DNA of 64,000 bases from an uncultured Gammaproteobacteria bacterium (GTDB lineage: Bacteria > Patescibacteriota > Microgenomatia > Levybacterales > UBA12049), in contig CAYYSJ010000001.1 of NCBI GenBank assembly GCA_964474445.1, positions 345,377-409,376 on the forward strand, in the 5' to 3' direction. Shown here piece after piece: positions 18,303-28,707 of the stretch. The notes under the pieces are model-generated. The model was not told the origin of the DNA. It worked only from the letters and a program-made list of their open reading frames with translations, and made no database searches. Each line of letters begins with the position of its first letter. Positions within the stretch are counted from its first letter, which is position 1. A program made the position numbers and the translations under genes.

Positions 18303-19348
18303 ACCATTTTTTGTCTTTTAGCAAAAATAAAATGCAAAAGTATTTGAAAAACAGCTATAACTAAAGTGTAATATCCCCACATTGCTAACTTATTTTCCTG
18401 TGGTAATAGATAAATAATTCCACAAAACTCTGCAAGTAATAAAAAGATAATTGAAAACAGTAATGAGTATGTGTAAGGTAATTTTGAACGTACAATAAAG
18501 ATAATGAGAATTCCAAGAATTCCTAATGTGATTCCATAAAAAATATCATTTAAAAAAACGACATCAGCAATGATTAATAGAAAAGGAGCAATAACTTTTT
18601 TTGACAAAAGGAAAAGGAATATATTTGAAAATGGTAAAGGTGCTATTTCATGAGCTATAGTATTTGAAACAGTGAATACTAACAAAAAATATAAATAAAA
18701 AAACAATGGCAATAAATACAATGATGAAACAAGGAGCATATGAGTACTTGAAAATAACTCAATTACCTTTTCATACAGTAAGGAAAAAAGATATAGTTTT
18801 TTATGGTAAAGTTCTTTAAATGAATATATATATCGTGTAATAAAAGCATTATCTTTTTTTAAAAAAAATACAGCATTTGTCTTATCTCCATCTAGAGAAA
18901 GTACTTCAAACTGATATGTTTTACCAAGGGCTGATGTTATTTTAGGGAAACCAAAAACAAGAAAATTATTTTCTTTTATAGCATCTATCGTATACGTGTG
19001 TTGATAATATGGAACTTGTGCATTTTTCTCTTTGAGAGTAAATTGAATTTTATGTGCTTTATCTGGTTGTACAGAAAGTGTATTACTGACTTGTATTGCA
19101 ATAATACCTAAATTATGTTCTTTCACCCTAAACTCACCTATTAAACTTTCCCCTTGCATTAATAAATTATTTTTAGGCATATGCGTGTATTGATGAAAAC
19201 TATGGAAGTAAAGAAATGTCGTAAAACTTTCATGAGGATTGAATAGAATTGAGGCAATAATCCAGAAAAATAGCAAAAATAATGGAATAATTACCCAAAG
19301 TATTAAAAATTTAAAGCTGATTAAAGTTTGTAATGTTTTTTGTTTCAT
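18299..19348 (-). CDS. Hypothetical membrane protein (N-terminal TM, ~170-aa extracytoplasmic domain, ~6 C-terminal TM)
   Basis: There are no recognisable motifs. It is co-operonic, with 4-nt overlaps, between two YfhO-like genes. Confidence 0.5.
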   Translation of the reverse strand: MKQKTLQTLISFKFLILWVIIPLFLLFFWIIASILFNPHESFTTFLYFHSFHQYTHMPKNNLLMQGESLIGEFRVKEHNLGIIAIQVSNTLSVQPDKAHKIQFTLKEKNAQVPYYQHTYTIDAIKENNFLVFGFPKITSALGKTYQFEVLSLDGDKTNAVFFLKKDNAFITRYIYSFKELYHKKLYLFSLLYEKVIELFSSTHMLLVSSLYLLPLFFYLYFLLVFTVSNTIAHEIAPLPFSNIFLFLLSKKVIAPFLLIIADVVFLNDIFYGITLGILGILIIFIVRSKLPYTYSLLFSIIFLLLAEFCGIIYLLPQENKLAMWGYYTLVIAVFQILLHFIFAKRQKMV

Positions 19349-21651
19349 GTCTTATGTCTCCTTACAATAAACATGCTTATTATGAGTCCTATAAAAGAGA
19401 AAATACTTATCAAAATCCCCAAGTAAAAGTTTAATTGAGGAGTAAAATAAATCGTTAGCAATACATCTATTGATCCATTAGTGTTTACTTTATAAAATGA
19501 TGCATCGTATTGTTTTCGGATAATATTTGGATTAATGATCCATTCATTACTATAGTTTGAATTATGATGATGGATATTATTAAAATTAGCGGTTCTTAAA
19601 AAATAACTTAATTCATCCCCCTCATAAAGAGTGTCTTTGGGTGCGCATTCAATTACATTATCACTCCTCTTTATCCCGTTTTGACATTGTAGTGCTGCAT
19701 TATATTTTTCTATAAAAACTTTCCATCCATTATGATATGATTCTAAAAATTGTAATTTCTCTGGAAATTGAAGGTTTTTTATATAAACTCTATACTTAGT
19801 AGGATTAATTCTTTGAAAAAAACCCTCAGGTATTTGTATCGCTGTATTAGTCTTTTTCATTGTATAGAGTTCAAAATTATCATTTTTACTGACCAAAACC
19901 TTTTGATCTGTAAGGTTATTAATCATAGTCTGATCTTGATTTTGCAATCTAGATCCACCAAAAAAAAGATAAGAGTGTTTTACTTCATTTGGGATGTTTT
20001 TTGTAAATATAATAGCCCCTACATTATATGTGTAAAGCATATTACTTAATTTTTCATAATCACTATTTGCAATATATTGCCACATTTTTCCTGACTCTGA
20101 AGGAGGAAACGATAGTTCACCAGAAAAATCATTTATACCAGTAAAAAATTTGAAAGGAGAAGTTCCCGCGAATATGTTATTACTATTATCTTCTTTTATA
20201 ATCGCATAACCTGCAATATTAAGAGGAACATTCAGGATATTTGTTGTTGGGTCGATCGTTTGTTTTACTTTGGAAATAAAATCAAGATACTCCTGGGAAA
20301 TATTTACATTCTTATGTATTGATTTTGTTGTCCAAAGAGGAGCATTGATAATTTGTTCTATTGGGAGCGTATTTGTTACAATCACTAGAAAGGTAATTCC
20401 TGTAATTAAAAATTTTAGAGGAGAAAATTGTTTATTTACGATAATAAGTGAAAGAGTAAAAAAAACTGCATAAATAAATACATATCCAGGAGCAAATTTG
20501 TCATAAAAATTTCTGAACATAAAAAATCCAGGAAGATGTCCTAACATAAGAAATACTTCCTTAAGAGGACCTATATTTACAGTAAAGAAGAATAGAGATA
20601 AAATAAATGCAACTAAAAAGAATAAATATATACGCTTTTCAGTACTGTTAAGTTTCTTTTCCCAGTAAATAATTCCACCAAAGACAACTGCCACAAATAT
20701 GGTATTAAGGAAAAATGTTTTATCATAAAAACTCAAAAATATATTTCTTAATGGCCACTGATAATCAAATGTTAATTGTCTATGAGGTAGATTTAGAAGT
20801 GGATATAAAATATTACCTGTAGCAGTTTGGATAACAGTTGTGCGAAAAGTACTCGCAATATTAAAAAGATCTCCAAGATTGTTCCCGCCTTTAATAAGGA
20901 ATGTTGTCAAAAAAGGTAAAATCCAAAATGCTTGAGAAACTAAAAGGAAACTAAAAAATAGAATAGCTCGTTTTGCAAAGATAGTTATTATCCTACGTGG
21001 GAAAATAAAGGTCCCAACAAATAAAGTAAGAACTAAAGGAATGAATAATCCTAATATCCACGGGATACTATAAAGGCCTAGAGAAAGAAAAATACTCATT
21101 GTCATTGCATATACAATATATTTCCATTGATTGGTTTTTACGAATTTAATAAATGTCCAAAACAGGAAAGGGATAAGTGGAATAAGCCAAGCAGACATAA
21201 GAAATACAGAGAGTTGATTGACTATCATAATAGGAGAAAAAATATAGAAGAGAGCTCCTACATAGGGTTCTATATAGTTTGGTTTACTAACTAATTCTGA
21301 TATAAGTCTTTTGAAATAAATAAAACCGAGAATAAGAGGTAAAGAGAATGCCAAATAATCTACAACAATCCTTGATTTCAGTAACCAAAAGATAAATGAC
21401 CATATGGCAACAAATGGAAAAGAGTAGTGATTGGGATTAAAATATCCTATTGAAGAGATCGTGGTCCATGAAAAAAAAGACATTGACTTAAAATATTCAA
21501 TTGGATAAGCATATAGTAACCTAGTATCATCACCTCCTACGAATAATTTCCCATTAAATAAGTAGTAAGGAAGTGCAAAAAGCAGGACAATAGTAACCAG
21601 ATCTATAATAAGCTCGTAGTATTTTAGGAAAAGCTGTTTCAATGCAAACAT
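19345..21651 (-). CDS. Large YfhO-like GT-C membrane protein (about 768 aa from the preferred start)
   Basis: The first loop reads FVGGDDTRLLYAYPIEYF. There are many TM helices, then a long soluble domain and a C-terminal TM (FYLGILISIFSFIGLIISMFIV). The track start at 21780 would overlap the divergent gene at 21713. I prefer the internal ATG at 21651 (MFALKQLF...). Confidence 0.6.
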   Translation of the reverse strand: MFALKQLFLKYYELIIDLVTIVLLFALPYYLFNGKLFVGGDDTRLLYAYPIEYFKSMSFFSWTTISSIGYFNPNHYSFPFVAIWSFIFWLLKSRIVVDYLAFSLPLILGFIYFKRLISELVSKPNYIEPYVGALFYIFSPIMIVNQLSVFLMSAWLIPLIPFLFWTFIKFVKTNQWKYIVYAMTMSIFLSLGLYSIPWILGLFIPLVLTLFVGTFIFPRRIITIFAKRAILFFSFLLVSQAFWILPFLTTFLIKGGNNLGDLFNIASTFRTTVIQTATGNILYPLLNLPHRQLTFDYQWPLRNIFLSFYDKTFFLNTIFVAVVFGGIIYWEKKLNSTEKRIYLFFLVAFILSLFFFTVNIGPLKEVFLMLGHLPGFFMFRNFYDKFAPGYVFIYAVFFTLSLIIVNKQFSPLKFLITGITFLVIVTNTLPIEQIINAPLWTTKSIHKNVNISQEYLDFISKVKQTIDPTTNILNVPLNIAGYAIIKEDNSNNIFAGTSPFKFFTGINDFSGELSFPPSESGKMWQYIANSDYEKLSNMLYTYNVGAIIFTKNIPNEVKHSYLFFGGSRLQNQDQTMINNLTDQKVLVSKNDNFELYTMKKTNTAIQIPEGFFQRINPTKYRVYIKNLQFPEKLQFLESYHNGWKVFIEKYNAALQCQNGIKRSDNVIECAPKDTLYEGDELSYFLRTANFNNIHHHNSNYSNEWIINPNIIRKQYDASFYKVNTNGSIDVLLTIYFTPQLNFYLGILISIFSFIGLIISMFIVRRHKT

Positions 21652-21712
21652 ATAAACTTTTCTTATTGTAACAAATATAATTGTATGGTAAAGTGGTAAT
21701 CTATAAGATCGA

Positions 21713-22666
21713 ATGAAAAGAGTACTCGTTACAGGAGGAGCTGGGTTTATCGGAAGCCATATGGTTGAAAGACTCCTCAAGGAAGGTTACAAAGTAACAG
21801 TTTTGGACAACCTCTCAACAGGCCTCATGGAAAATGTCCCTAACGAAGTAACTTTTATCAAAGGAGATACTTCAGTAAAAGAAGATATTGATAAAGCCTT
21901 CGAAGAAAATGTTGACCTTGTTTTTCATATTGCAGGCTGTGCATCTGCTATCAATTCTTTTACCGATCCATATACAGATATTTACGCCAATTTCATCGGT
22001 ACGGTAAATATTATCCAAAAATGTGTCGAGAAAAAGGTTCCACGACTCCTTTACGCAAGCTCAATGACAACCTATGGACTAGTTAACAAGTTACCTGTTG
22101 GTGAGACGCATCCGGCAGTACCAATCTCCTACTATGGTATCAGTAAATATGCAGCAGAGCGTTTTGTGCATGCAACGGGAATGAGAAAAGATTTGTCTTC
22201 TCAATTCAATGTCACTTCTTTCAGAATGTTTAATGTTTATGGACCCCACCAAAGTCTCACCAATCCCTACCAAGGAGTCATGGCAATTTTTATTGGAAAT
22301 GTTCTAAGACATGAGCCCATCAATATTTTTGGGGACGGTGAGCAATCTCGCGATTTTGTGTATATCGATGATGTTGTTGATGCATGGGTTACTACTATAG
22401 ATAAACCACAAACATTTGGAGAAGTATATAATGTTGGTCTTGGGATAGATACATCAATGAATACACTTACTCAAACAATTATTCGTGTACTAAAAGAAGA
22501 TCCTAAATCCTATCCTATTCTTAGAAAAGAAGGAAGGCCAGGAGATCAAAGATATATGAGAGCAGACATTTCAAAAATAGGGCAAGCTATTGGGTGGAAA
22601 CCCAGATACTCATTAGAGAAGGGCCTTCAAAAAACGCTGGAATGGGCAAAGCAATATAGTGTATAA
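21713..22666 (+). CDS. NAD-dependent sugar epimerase/dehydratase (extended SDR)
   Basis: Motifs seen: VLVTGGAGFIGSH, catalytic YYGISKYAAE, and the conserved ASSMTTYG. Confidence 0.8.
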   Translation: MKRVLVTGGAGFIGSHMVERLLKEGYKVTVLDNLSTGLMENVPNEVTFIKGDTSVKEDIDKAFEENVDLVFHIAGCASAINSFTDPYTDIYANFIGTVNIIQKCVEKKVPRLLYASSMTTYGLVNKLPVGETHPAVPISYYGISKYAAERFVHATGMRKDLSSQFNVTSFRMFNVYGPHQSLTNPYQGVMAIFIGNVLRHEPINIFGDGEQSRDFVYIDDVVDAWVTTIDKPQTFGEVYNVGLGIDTSMNTLTQTIIRVLKEDPKSYPILRKEGRPGDQRYMRADISKIGQAIGWKPRYSLEKGLQKTLEWAKQYSV

Positions 22667-22681
22667 TATGTCTTTTGTATT

Positions 22682-23911
22682 ATGAAATCGTTTTCTTCTA
22701 TACTTATTTCAACTTTCTCTCCTTGGAAAAAAGGACTACGGTCCCCTACCAACGGCATGATAGAGCCAATGCTCTCATATTTTCTCCCTCGTTTTAAAAG
22801 AGTTTGGTTACTTGATCAACCATATCCAGGTAGTGATAGTGTTATCCCCTTTGTTGAAGAATATGCCCTTGGAAAATTACAAAAAAAAGAGGTAATAAAA
22901 AATTATATATTCCCACTTATCCCTTTTCTCCATCTTACTAACAAACCAGGAACACAGGCCCCGCACAAATTAAGAGATTTTTTAAGTACTTTAGAGGTAG
23001 GTTGTCAAACCTCAGAGCCATTTGACCTCTTCATAGGAATGGAGGCAATCAATGCTCTTGCTGGAATAATGCTACGAAAAATAGGGAAAGTTAAAAAAGT
23101 AGTTTATTATGTTTCAGATTACTCTCCAAATCGTTTTCCTAATCCTCTCTTCAATATGGTGTATCTCTGGCTGGATCGAACAGCAGCAATGTATAGTGAT
23201 TTTATTTGGGATGTCTCTCTAGCTATGCAACCTGCCAGAATAAAAGCAGGACTCAATCTGACAAAAAGCGCTCCTGTCATTCATGTTCCTAATGCGCTCT
23301 TTAAAGAACAAATTACCTATTTACCGTGGAACAAAAGAAAAAAGCATACCGTCGTATTTGTAGGAACACTAGGACTTGAAAATGGTCCAGATATTGCAAT
23401 AGAAGCCTTTCAAAAAGTTGTTGCAGAAATTCCAGATGCTACTTTACATATTATTGGCGGAGGAGGCCTAGGATTTGAATCTGAGTATCTAAAAAAACTT
23501 TCTGAAAAATATCATCTGGAAAAAAATGTTATTTTTCATGGTTTTATATCAGACCTAAAAAAATTATCGCAGCTTATTAAGCAATACGAAGTGGCCATAG
23601 CTCCTTATAAGAAAATTCCTGGCTCTCATAGACTATATGGAGATGCTACTAAACTACGATTATATATGGCCGTAGGTTTACCAATTATTGTTACCGATGT
23701 TCCACCACTAGGGAAAGAACTTGAAAAAAAAGGTGCTGCACTAACTATAAAATCTTCAAAAGGTGAGCTTGCAAGAGCAATTATTTCTATTCTCAATAAC
23801 CCTCAAAAAAGAAAAATTCTCATCAATAATGCTATTAAAACAGCAAAGGACAATTTGTGGGAAAAAACATATCAAAATGCACTAGATGAAATAGGAAAGA
23901 TTATTGATTGA
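22682..23911 (+). CDS. GT4 glycosyltransferase
   Basis: The C-terminal domain reads HIIGGGGLGFESEYL...LYMAVGLPIIVTDV. Length is 409 aa. Confidence 0.65.
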   Translation: MKSFSSILISTFSPWKKGLRSPTNGMIEPMLSYFLPRFKRVWLLDQPYPGSDSVIPFVEEYALGKLQKKEVIKNYIFPLIPFLHLTNKPGTQAPHKLRDFLSTLEVGCQTSEPFDLFIGMEAINALAGIMLRKIGKVKKVVYYVSDYSPNRFPNPLFNMVYLWLDRTAAMYSDFIWDVSLAMQPARIKAGLNLTKSAPVIHVPNALFKEQITYLPWNKRKKHTVVFVGTLGLENGPDIAIEAFQKVVAEIPDATLHIIGGGGLGFESEYLKKLSEKYHLEKNVIFHGFISDLKKLSQLIKQYEVAIAPYKKIPGSHRLYGDATKLRLYMAVGLPIIVTDVPPLGKELEKKGAALTIKSSKGELARAIISILNNPQKRKILINNAIKTAKDNLWEKTYQNALDEIGKIID

Positions 23912-25592
23912 TCTTCTTTAAGCTAAACTGTACTTCTTTTGTAATATTTTTTAAGGTTTTCGTCTGTGAATCGTACGAAAATGCATGGACATCTGAAGGA
24001 TTAAAATGATATGTTAGCATCTCCTTTTTTAGGTGGTCTAATGATGAATAGTATCCATAATCTAATCCACCAATCTTCTTGTAGCCTTCACTTCCTAAAG
24101 CCCAAAGGTATCCTGAAACAAGAAGCTGTTTTGGAATTTTGTGTGAGGCGTAATAAATTACAGGGACAGAGTACCCAAATCCATGTTGAAAAGGAACAAA
24201 GTTATTTTCGCCATACCATACCTTATCACCTGTAAAATAAAAAATATTGGTGTTATCTTTCAATGATGGTAACTGAATCTGCAATTGTCTCAAGAAACCT
24301 CTTCTTTCATTTGCTATCACTGCTTGCATTTGAATAAACTGTCGTGTTTCATTCACATGTAAAAAGAGAAGCCAAAAGGAAGATAGAACAAAGAGAACCT
24401 TCATGACCTTGCCAATATTTTGCTTCATTGAAAAAATGCGAAGAGCTATAGCACCCAACAATATACTCGAAGCTGCAATTGGTATATAGTAATACCTAGG
24501 TTCCATATATGCAAATGTTTTCCCGACAATAATATAAGGAATAATACTTAAGAAGAAAAAAAGAAGGACAAAATAAATCACCTGCATAGAATATTTGTTT
24601 GCCATTAGTTTTCTTACTATAAAATGTAAAAGTAACAATGAAGCTGCCACAGCAAGCAAATCCAATACAACTGTTTCACTAATTAAGTCCGTTTTTGTAG
24701 TAATAAAAGGATAATAGAGATTCATAAATTCCGAAGCAATTTTCAAGGCTGCATATACTGGTATAAAAACTAATGAAAAACTTGTTAAAGGATACATGAT
24801 AATTCTTGAGAGTATTGTTTCAATAAAAAATATTTTCCCTTGATTTGTACTAGCATATACTGACGAAGCAATAATACTTTGTCCTGCCAACTGACGTACA
24901 ATAGTCATTTCAATAAACCTATAAAGAACAAAAAATGAAGCAAAAATGATAAATGGACTAAATATGGTTATGTATTTTTTAATTTTTATCTTTTCTTTAA
25001 AAACCGCCGGCAATAACGGAAGAAAAATAAAAAGGAAAATTCCACTTTCCTTAAAATAAAGAGATAATAACGCAAAGAAGAGTGATGCATGTGCAAAAAT
25101 ATTCTTCTTTTTTTCTAAAAAATGAAGAAATAAATATATTGAAGAAAATATACAAAATGAAGCTGGCTGTACTCCGAAAGAAGCAGCAAACCATGTTATC
25201 GATTGCTGGGAAACACTGGAAAGGCCAAAATAAGCTGCGCTTATCATTGCTGCAAGATGATTTTTAAGAATCTTTCTAGAGATTAAAAAAATAAGCAAAG
25301 TATTAATTATATGGAATAGCACTCCATAAAGAGCTAATGGTAGTGATGCAAAGCCAAATGACTTAAAAAAAATAACTCCTAAAATCCCTGTTAGTGGCCT
25401 TGAGTCCCCAAAAATAATCTGAAAGGGAGATAGTCCAAATGTTACTGTCTGGAATCCCAAAGCTAATACTCTTCCTGATCCTAACCACTCATCCTGTTGA
25501 TAGAATGTTTTCGGTAAATCCCAATATGTATAAAAAATAGCAACAATAAGCAATAAAAAAAGAAAAAAATTGAATGAAAGAATGTGCTTCAT
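23901..25592 (-). CDS. GT-C membrane glycosyltransferase of PMT/ArnT-like type (GT39/83-like)
   Basis: A first extracytoplasmic-loop DE motif is present ([11 protein letters not shown]). About 11 TM helices precede a soluble C-terminal domain. Length is 563 aa. Confidence 0.6.
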   Translation of the reverse strand: MKHILSFNFFLFLLLIVAIFYTYWDLPKTFYQQDEWLGSGRVLALGFQTVTFGLSPFQIIFGDSRPLTGILGVIFFKSFGFASLPLALYGVLFHIINTLLIFLISRKILKNHLAAMISAAYFGLSSVSQQSITWFAASFGVQPASFCIFSSIYLFLHFLEKKKNIFAHASLFFALLSLYFKESGIFLFIFLPLLPAVFKEKIKIKKYITIFSPFIIFASFFVLYRFIEMTIVRQLAGQSIIASSVYASTNQGKIFFIETILSRIIMYPLTSFSLVFIPVYAALKIASEFMNLYYPFITTKTDLISETVVLDLLAVAASLLLLHFIVRKLMANKYSMQVIYFVLLFFFLSIIPYIIVGKTFAYMEPRYYYIPIAASSILLGAIALRIFSMKQNIGKVMKVLFVLSSFWLLFLHVNETRQFIQMQAVIANERRGFLRQLQIQLPSLKDNTNIFYFTGDKVWYGENNFVPFQHGFGYSVPVIYYASHKIPKQLLVSGYLWALGSEGYKKIGGLDYGYYSSLDHLKKEMLTYHFNPSDVHAFSYDSQTKTLKNITKEVQFSLKKINQ

Positions 25593-26671
25593 TGAAGGAA
25601 ATGGCCACTTTTACATATATCCTCGATAATTCTATTGTTATCATATGTGTACTCCCAATCAGGATAGTGGGACTTAAATTTAGATACATCAGAGATATAC
25701 CAAATATGATCTCCAATTCTATTGTCGTCAACATACTTTACATTTGCTTTTTTGCCTAAAATTTTTTCTGTCTTTGCTATTGCTTCAAGCATAGAAGTAT
25801 TTGAATGACGTGATCCTCCAATATTGTATGCCTCTCCACTTCTTGGGTTTTGATAAACATGATAAAACGCGTTAACTAAGTCAAACGAGTGGATATTATC
25901 TCTCACTTGCTTTCCTTTATATCCAAATATCGTATATTCGGTACCTGTTGCAACACACTTAATAAGGTATGCTAAAAACCCGTGTAATTTTGTGCCACTA
26001 TGAGCAGGGCCTGTGAGACATCCTCCACGGAAAACGGTTGTATGAAGTCCAAAATATTTTCCGTATTCTTGGACCATGACATCAGCAGCAACTTTCGATG
26101 CGCCAAAAATACTATGCTTTGAATTATCAATACTCATTGTTTCGTCAATCCCTATATAGAATGGATGACCTTTTGGTAACTCATATCTTGTCTCAAGCTC
26201 TATTAGAGGAAGTCTATTTGGTGTATCACCGTAAACTTTATTTGTTGAGGTAAAAATAAAAGTAGCCTCTGGCGAATATTTGCGATAATGCTCAAGAAGA
26301 TACATTGTGCCAAGCGCATTTATTGTGAAGTCTGTCAAAGGTTCTTTTGCAGCCCAGTCGTGGGATGGTTGTGCAGCAGTGTGAATAATGAGGTCAAACT
26401 TATGAGTCTTAAATATTGCTTCCAATTTTCCATTATCTCGAATATCTGCAGAATAATGTGTGTACTTATCACCTAATGTTTCCTCAAGTCTATTTCTATT
26501 CCATTTTGTACTTGCCTCTTTCCCAAAAAAGTATTGGCGCATATCATTATCCACGCCAATAATATGAAATCCTTTTTCAGCAAAAAATTTTGCAGCTTCT
26601 GATCCAATAAGCCCTGCAGAACCAGTAATTAAGACATTCTTTGTCATTATTTTACACTTTATAATAGGCAA
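25589..26671 (-). CDS. Extended-SDR protein of the CDP-paratose 2-epimerase (Tyv)-like family, with Phe in place of the catalytic Tyr
   Basis: Motifs seen: [11 protein letters not shown] and [11 protein letters not shown]. The Y-x-x-x-K position reads FGASKVAAD; this is ttt at the nucleotide level, which I checked. The flanking [11 protein letters not shown] resembles the Tyv motif FGLNTVVFRHS. Confidence 0.65.
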   Translation of the reverse strand: MPIIKCKIMTKNVLITGSAGLIGSEAAKFFAEKGFHIIGVDNDMRQYFFGKEASTKWNRNRLEETLGDKYTHYSADIRDNGKLEAIFKTHKFDLIIHTAAQPSHDWAAKEPLTDFTINALGTMYLLEHYRKYSPEATFIFTSTNKVYGDTPNRLPLIELETRYELPKGHPFYIGIDETMSIDNSKHSIFGASKVAADVMVQEYGKYFGLHTTVFRGGCLTGPAHSGTKLHGFLAYLIKCVATGTEYTIFGYKGKQVRDNIHSFDLVNAFYHVYQNPRSGEAYNIGGSRHSNTSMLEAIAKTEKILGKKANVKYVDDNRIGDHIWYISDVSKFKSHYPDWEYTYDNNRIIEDICKSGHFLQ

Positions 26672-26696
26672 TAATCACACAAAAAGCAATCAGCAT

Positions 26697-27803
26697 TTAC
26701 CTTTCTTCCTGTTTCTCGAATTCGTTTACATTCTTACAAATATATTGTACTTCTTTATCAGTCAGTTCTGCATATATGGGAAGAGAAAGAATTGTGTTTG
26801 CAAGCCTTTCAGCTATTAGAAAATCTCCTTTTTTATAACCCAAGAAAGAAAAGCATGGTTGCATGTGTATGGGAATTGGATAATGAATAAGTGTATGAAT
26901 TCCCTTTTTATTTAAAAACTGCTGCAGTGCATCTCGTCTTCGACTCTCAATAACAAACAGATGATAACAAGAATGGTATGTATCCATTATTTTTTGATAG
27001 CTTGAGAATAATAAACCTTTTTTGTACAGGGAAGCTATCCTATTTCGTTGTTTATTCCAACGATTGAGATATTGTAGCTTTACAGAAAGAAGAGAAGCCT
27101 GTATCTCATCAAGCCTACTATTATAGCCTATTTCTTCATGATAGTATTTCTTTGTTTGTCCATAATTTCTTAATTTAAGCAGTTTTTCGTAGATCTTTTT
27201 GCTATTTGTCGCAAGGGCACCCGCATCACCATAAGCTCCCAAATTTTTACCAGGATAAAAGCTAAAGACAGATATATCTCCAAAGGTGCCAACTTTCTTT
27301 TCACCTATTGTAGCCCCATGAGCTTGAGCAGCATCTTCAACTAAATAAATGTTATGTCTATCTGCTATTTTTCTGAGAGTAGCAACATCACATGGTGCCC
27401 CATAAAGATGTACGGGCAGAATAGCTTTCGTCTTTTTTGTTATTTTTTTCTCAACTTCTGTTATATCAATTTGATACGAATCGGGATCACAATCAACAAG
27501 GACCGGAGTGGCTCCAACAGTCACAATAGCAAGGGTTGTTGCAATAAAGCTATTAGCAGGTGTAATGACTTCATCTCCCACACCAATTTCTAGAGCTCGA
27601 AGAGCGAGTATAAGCCCATCTGTCCCAGAATTTACTCCAACAACATATCTAATCCCTAAATACTCTCCGAATTTTTCCTCAAAAGCTTTCAACTCACCTC
27701 CCAAAAGAAACATTTGACTATCTACAACTCTTTGTATTGCAACATCAACTTTTTCTTTTATAGTTTTGTATTGTCTTTGTAAATCTAAAAAGGGTATTTT
27801 CAT
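26697..27803 (-). CDS. DegT/DnrJ/EryC1/StrS-family PLP-dependent nucleotide-sugar aminotransferase
   Basis: A lysine motif is present (SVFSFYPGKNLGAYGDAGA). The N-terminal region reads VVGVNSGTDGL. Length is 368 aa. Confidence 0.85.
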   Translation of the reverse strand: MKIPFLDLQRQYKTIKEKVDVAIQRVVDSQMFLLGGELKAFEEKFGEYLGIRYVVGVNSGTDGLILALRALEIGVGDEVITPANSFIATTLAIVTVGATPVLVDCDPDSYQIDITEVEKKITKKTKAILPVHLYGAPCDVATLRKIADRHNIYLVEDAAQAHGATIGEKKVGTFGDISVFSFYPGKNLGAYGDAGALATNSKKIYEKLLKLRNYGQTKKYYHEEIGYNSRLDEIQASLLSVKLQYLNRWNKQRNRIASLYKKGLLFSSYQKIMDTYHSCYHLFVIESRRRDALQQFLNKKGIHTLIHYPIPIHMQPCFSFLGYKKGDFLIAERLANTILSLPIYAELTDKEVQYICKNVNEFEKQEER

Positions 27804-27810
27804 AGATACA

Positions 27811-28704
27811 TTATAAATAAAAATAGCCTCCCTTGCTTACTTTTTGCCCACTTTCTGCAATACAAATAGTTATGGAACCATTCTTTACCGCTACTTCAAT
27901 ACCATTCTTTTTTATTGAAATAATCTTACCTGGAAATGCTTTTCTTTTTTTCTTCGTTATTTTTATGACACCTACCACAGTCATTTCTTGTGCAGCATAT
28001 CGTGTTTTTGGAAATTGGAAAGGTGGAAAAATGAATGTCTGTATATACTTTGCAATTTTTTTTCCGTCTTGATTCCAGTCAATAAAAAGATTAGAAAAAT
28101 CAAGAGAATATCGCGAGTAATAATTAGAAAAAGTGTCACTTTGTTTAACGGCCTTGTAGGATTTCTCGACAAGATTCGTTAGGTTTCTTTTGAGAAGTGG
28201 CAATACTTGCTCACAGCACCATTCATAGACTGATCTACCTGTATCAGCTAGAGTGATTTTCTTTTTGATTTTATCAATGATTGGACCATCATCAATTCCC
28301 TCTGTTAATTTATGCAATGTTACACCAATATACTCATCATTAAGTAAATGCCAAAGTCCTGGGTAGCATCCTCTATTTTTAGGTAAATCTGCAAAATGAA
28401 AATTAAATATTTCTCCTTTTACCATATCGATAATTTCTTTTTTAATAATCTTTCGACATTGTATAGAGAATATAATGGAAGGCATAAATGCTGAGAGCTT
28501 CTCTAAAAAATCATTGTTTCGAAAGGATGAAGGAGATAGAAATGAAATTTTATTTTTAGAGCAATAGGATTTTAATGAGGGCTGCCAACTATCTTCTCCA
28601 TTATCATCAGGATCGACAATAACAAGTATGTCATATTGTTTATCTCGCAAAAAATTAATACTTGGTATTGCTGCCTTTCCGTTAGCAAAAATAGCTATTT
28701 TCAT
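27811..28704 (-). CDS. Sugar N-formyltransferase (FMT-fold N-terminal domain; WlaRD/QdtF/FdtF/ArnA-Nterm-like)
   Basis: Catalytic motif is present (FNFHFADLPKNRG, N..H...LP..RG). The conserved Asp loop is present (DDGPIIDK). Length is 297 aa, with a C-terminal extension. Confidence 0.7.
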   Translation of the reverse strand: MKIAIFANGKAAIPSINFLRDKQYDILVIVDPDDNGEDSWQPSLKSYCSKNKISFLSPSSFRNNDFLEKLSAFMPSIIFSIQCRKIIKKEIIDMVKGEIFNFHFADLPKNRGCYPGLWHLLNDEYIGVTLHKLTEGIDDGPIIDKIKKKITLADTGRSVYEWCCEQVLPLLKRNLTNLVEKSYKAVKQSDTFSNYYSRYSLDFSNLFIDWNQDGKKIAKYIQTFIFPPFQFPKTRYAAQEMTVVGVIKITKKKRKAFPGKIISIKKNGIEVAVKNGSITICIAESGQKVSKGGYFYL

Positions 28705-28707
28705 AGG

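Noticed and set aside
21652-21780. Track N-terminal extensions using TTG/GTG or far-upstream ATG, for example 19345..21780, 47815, 31342, 61245, 15569 and 2038
   Set aside because: The extensions would overlap neighbouring genes by 70-130 nt, or would overlap the divergent gene at 21713. Internal ATGs restore the 0-14 nt spacing seen throughout the array and begin at sensible N-terminal motifs.
26697-28704. Interpretation of the aminotransferase + formyltransferase pair as ArnB/ArnA (L-Ara4N lipid A modification) together with ArnC/ArnT-like genes
   Set aside because: The formyltransferase lacks the ArnA C-terminal dehydrogenase/decarboxylase domain. There is no ArnD deformylase. An FdtA/QdtA-type cupin ketoisomerase sits directly upstream. 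That fits the dTDP-3-amino-3,6-dideoxyhexose N-formylation route better. This call is not certain.
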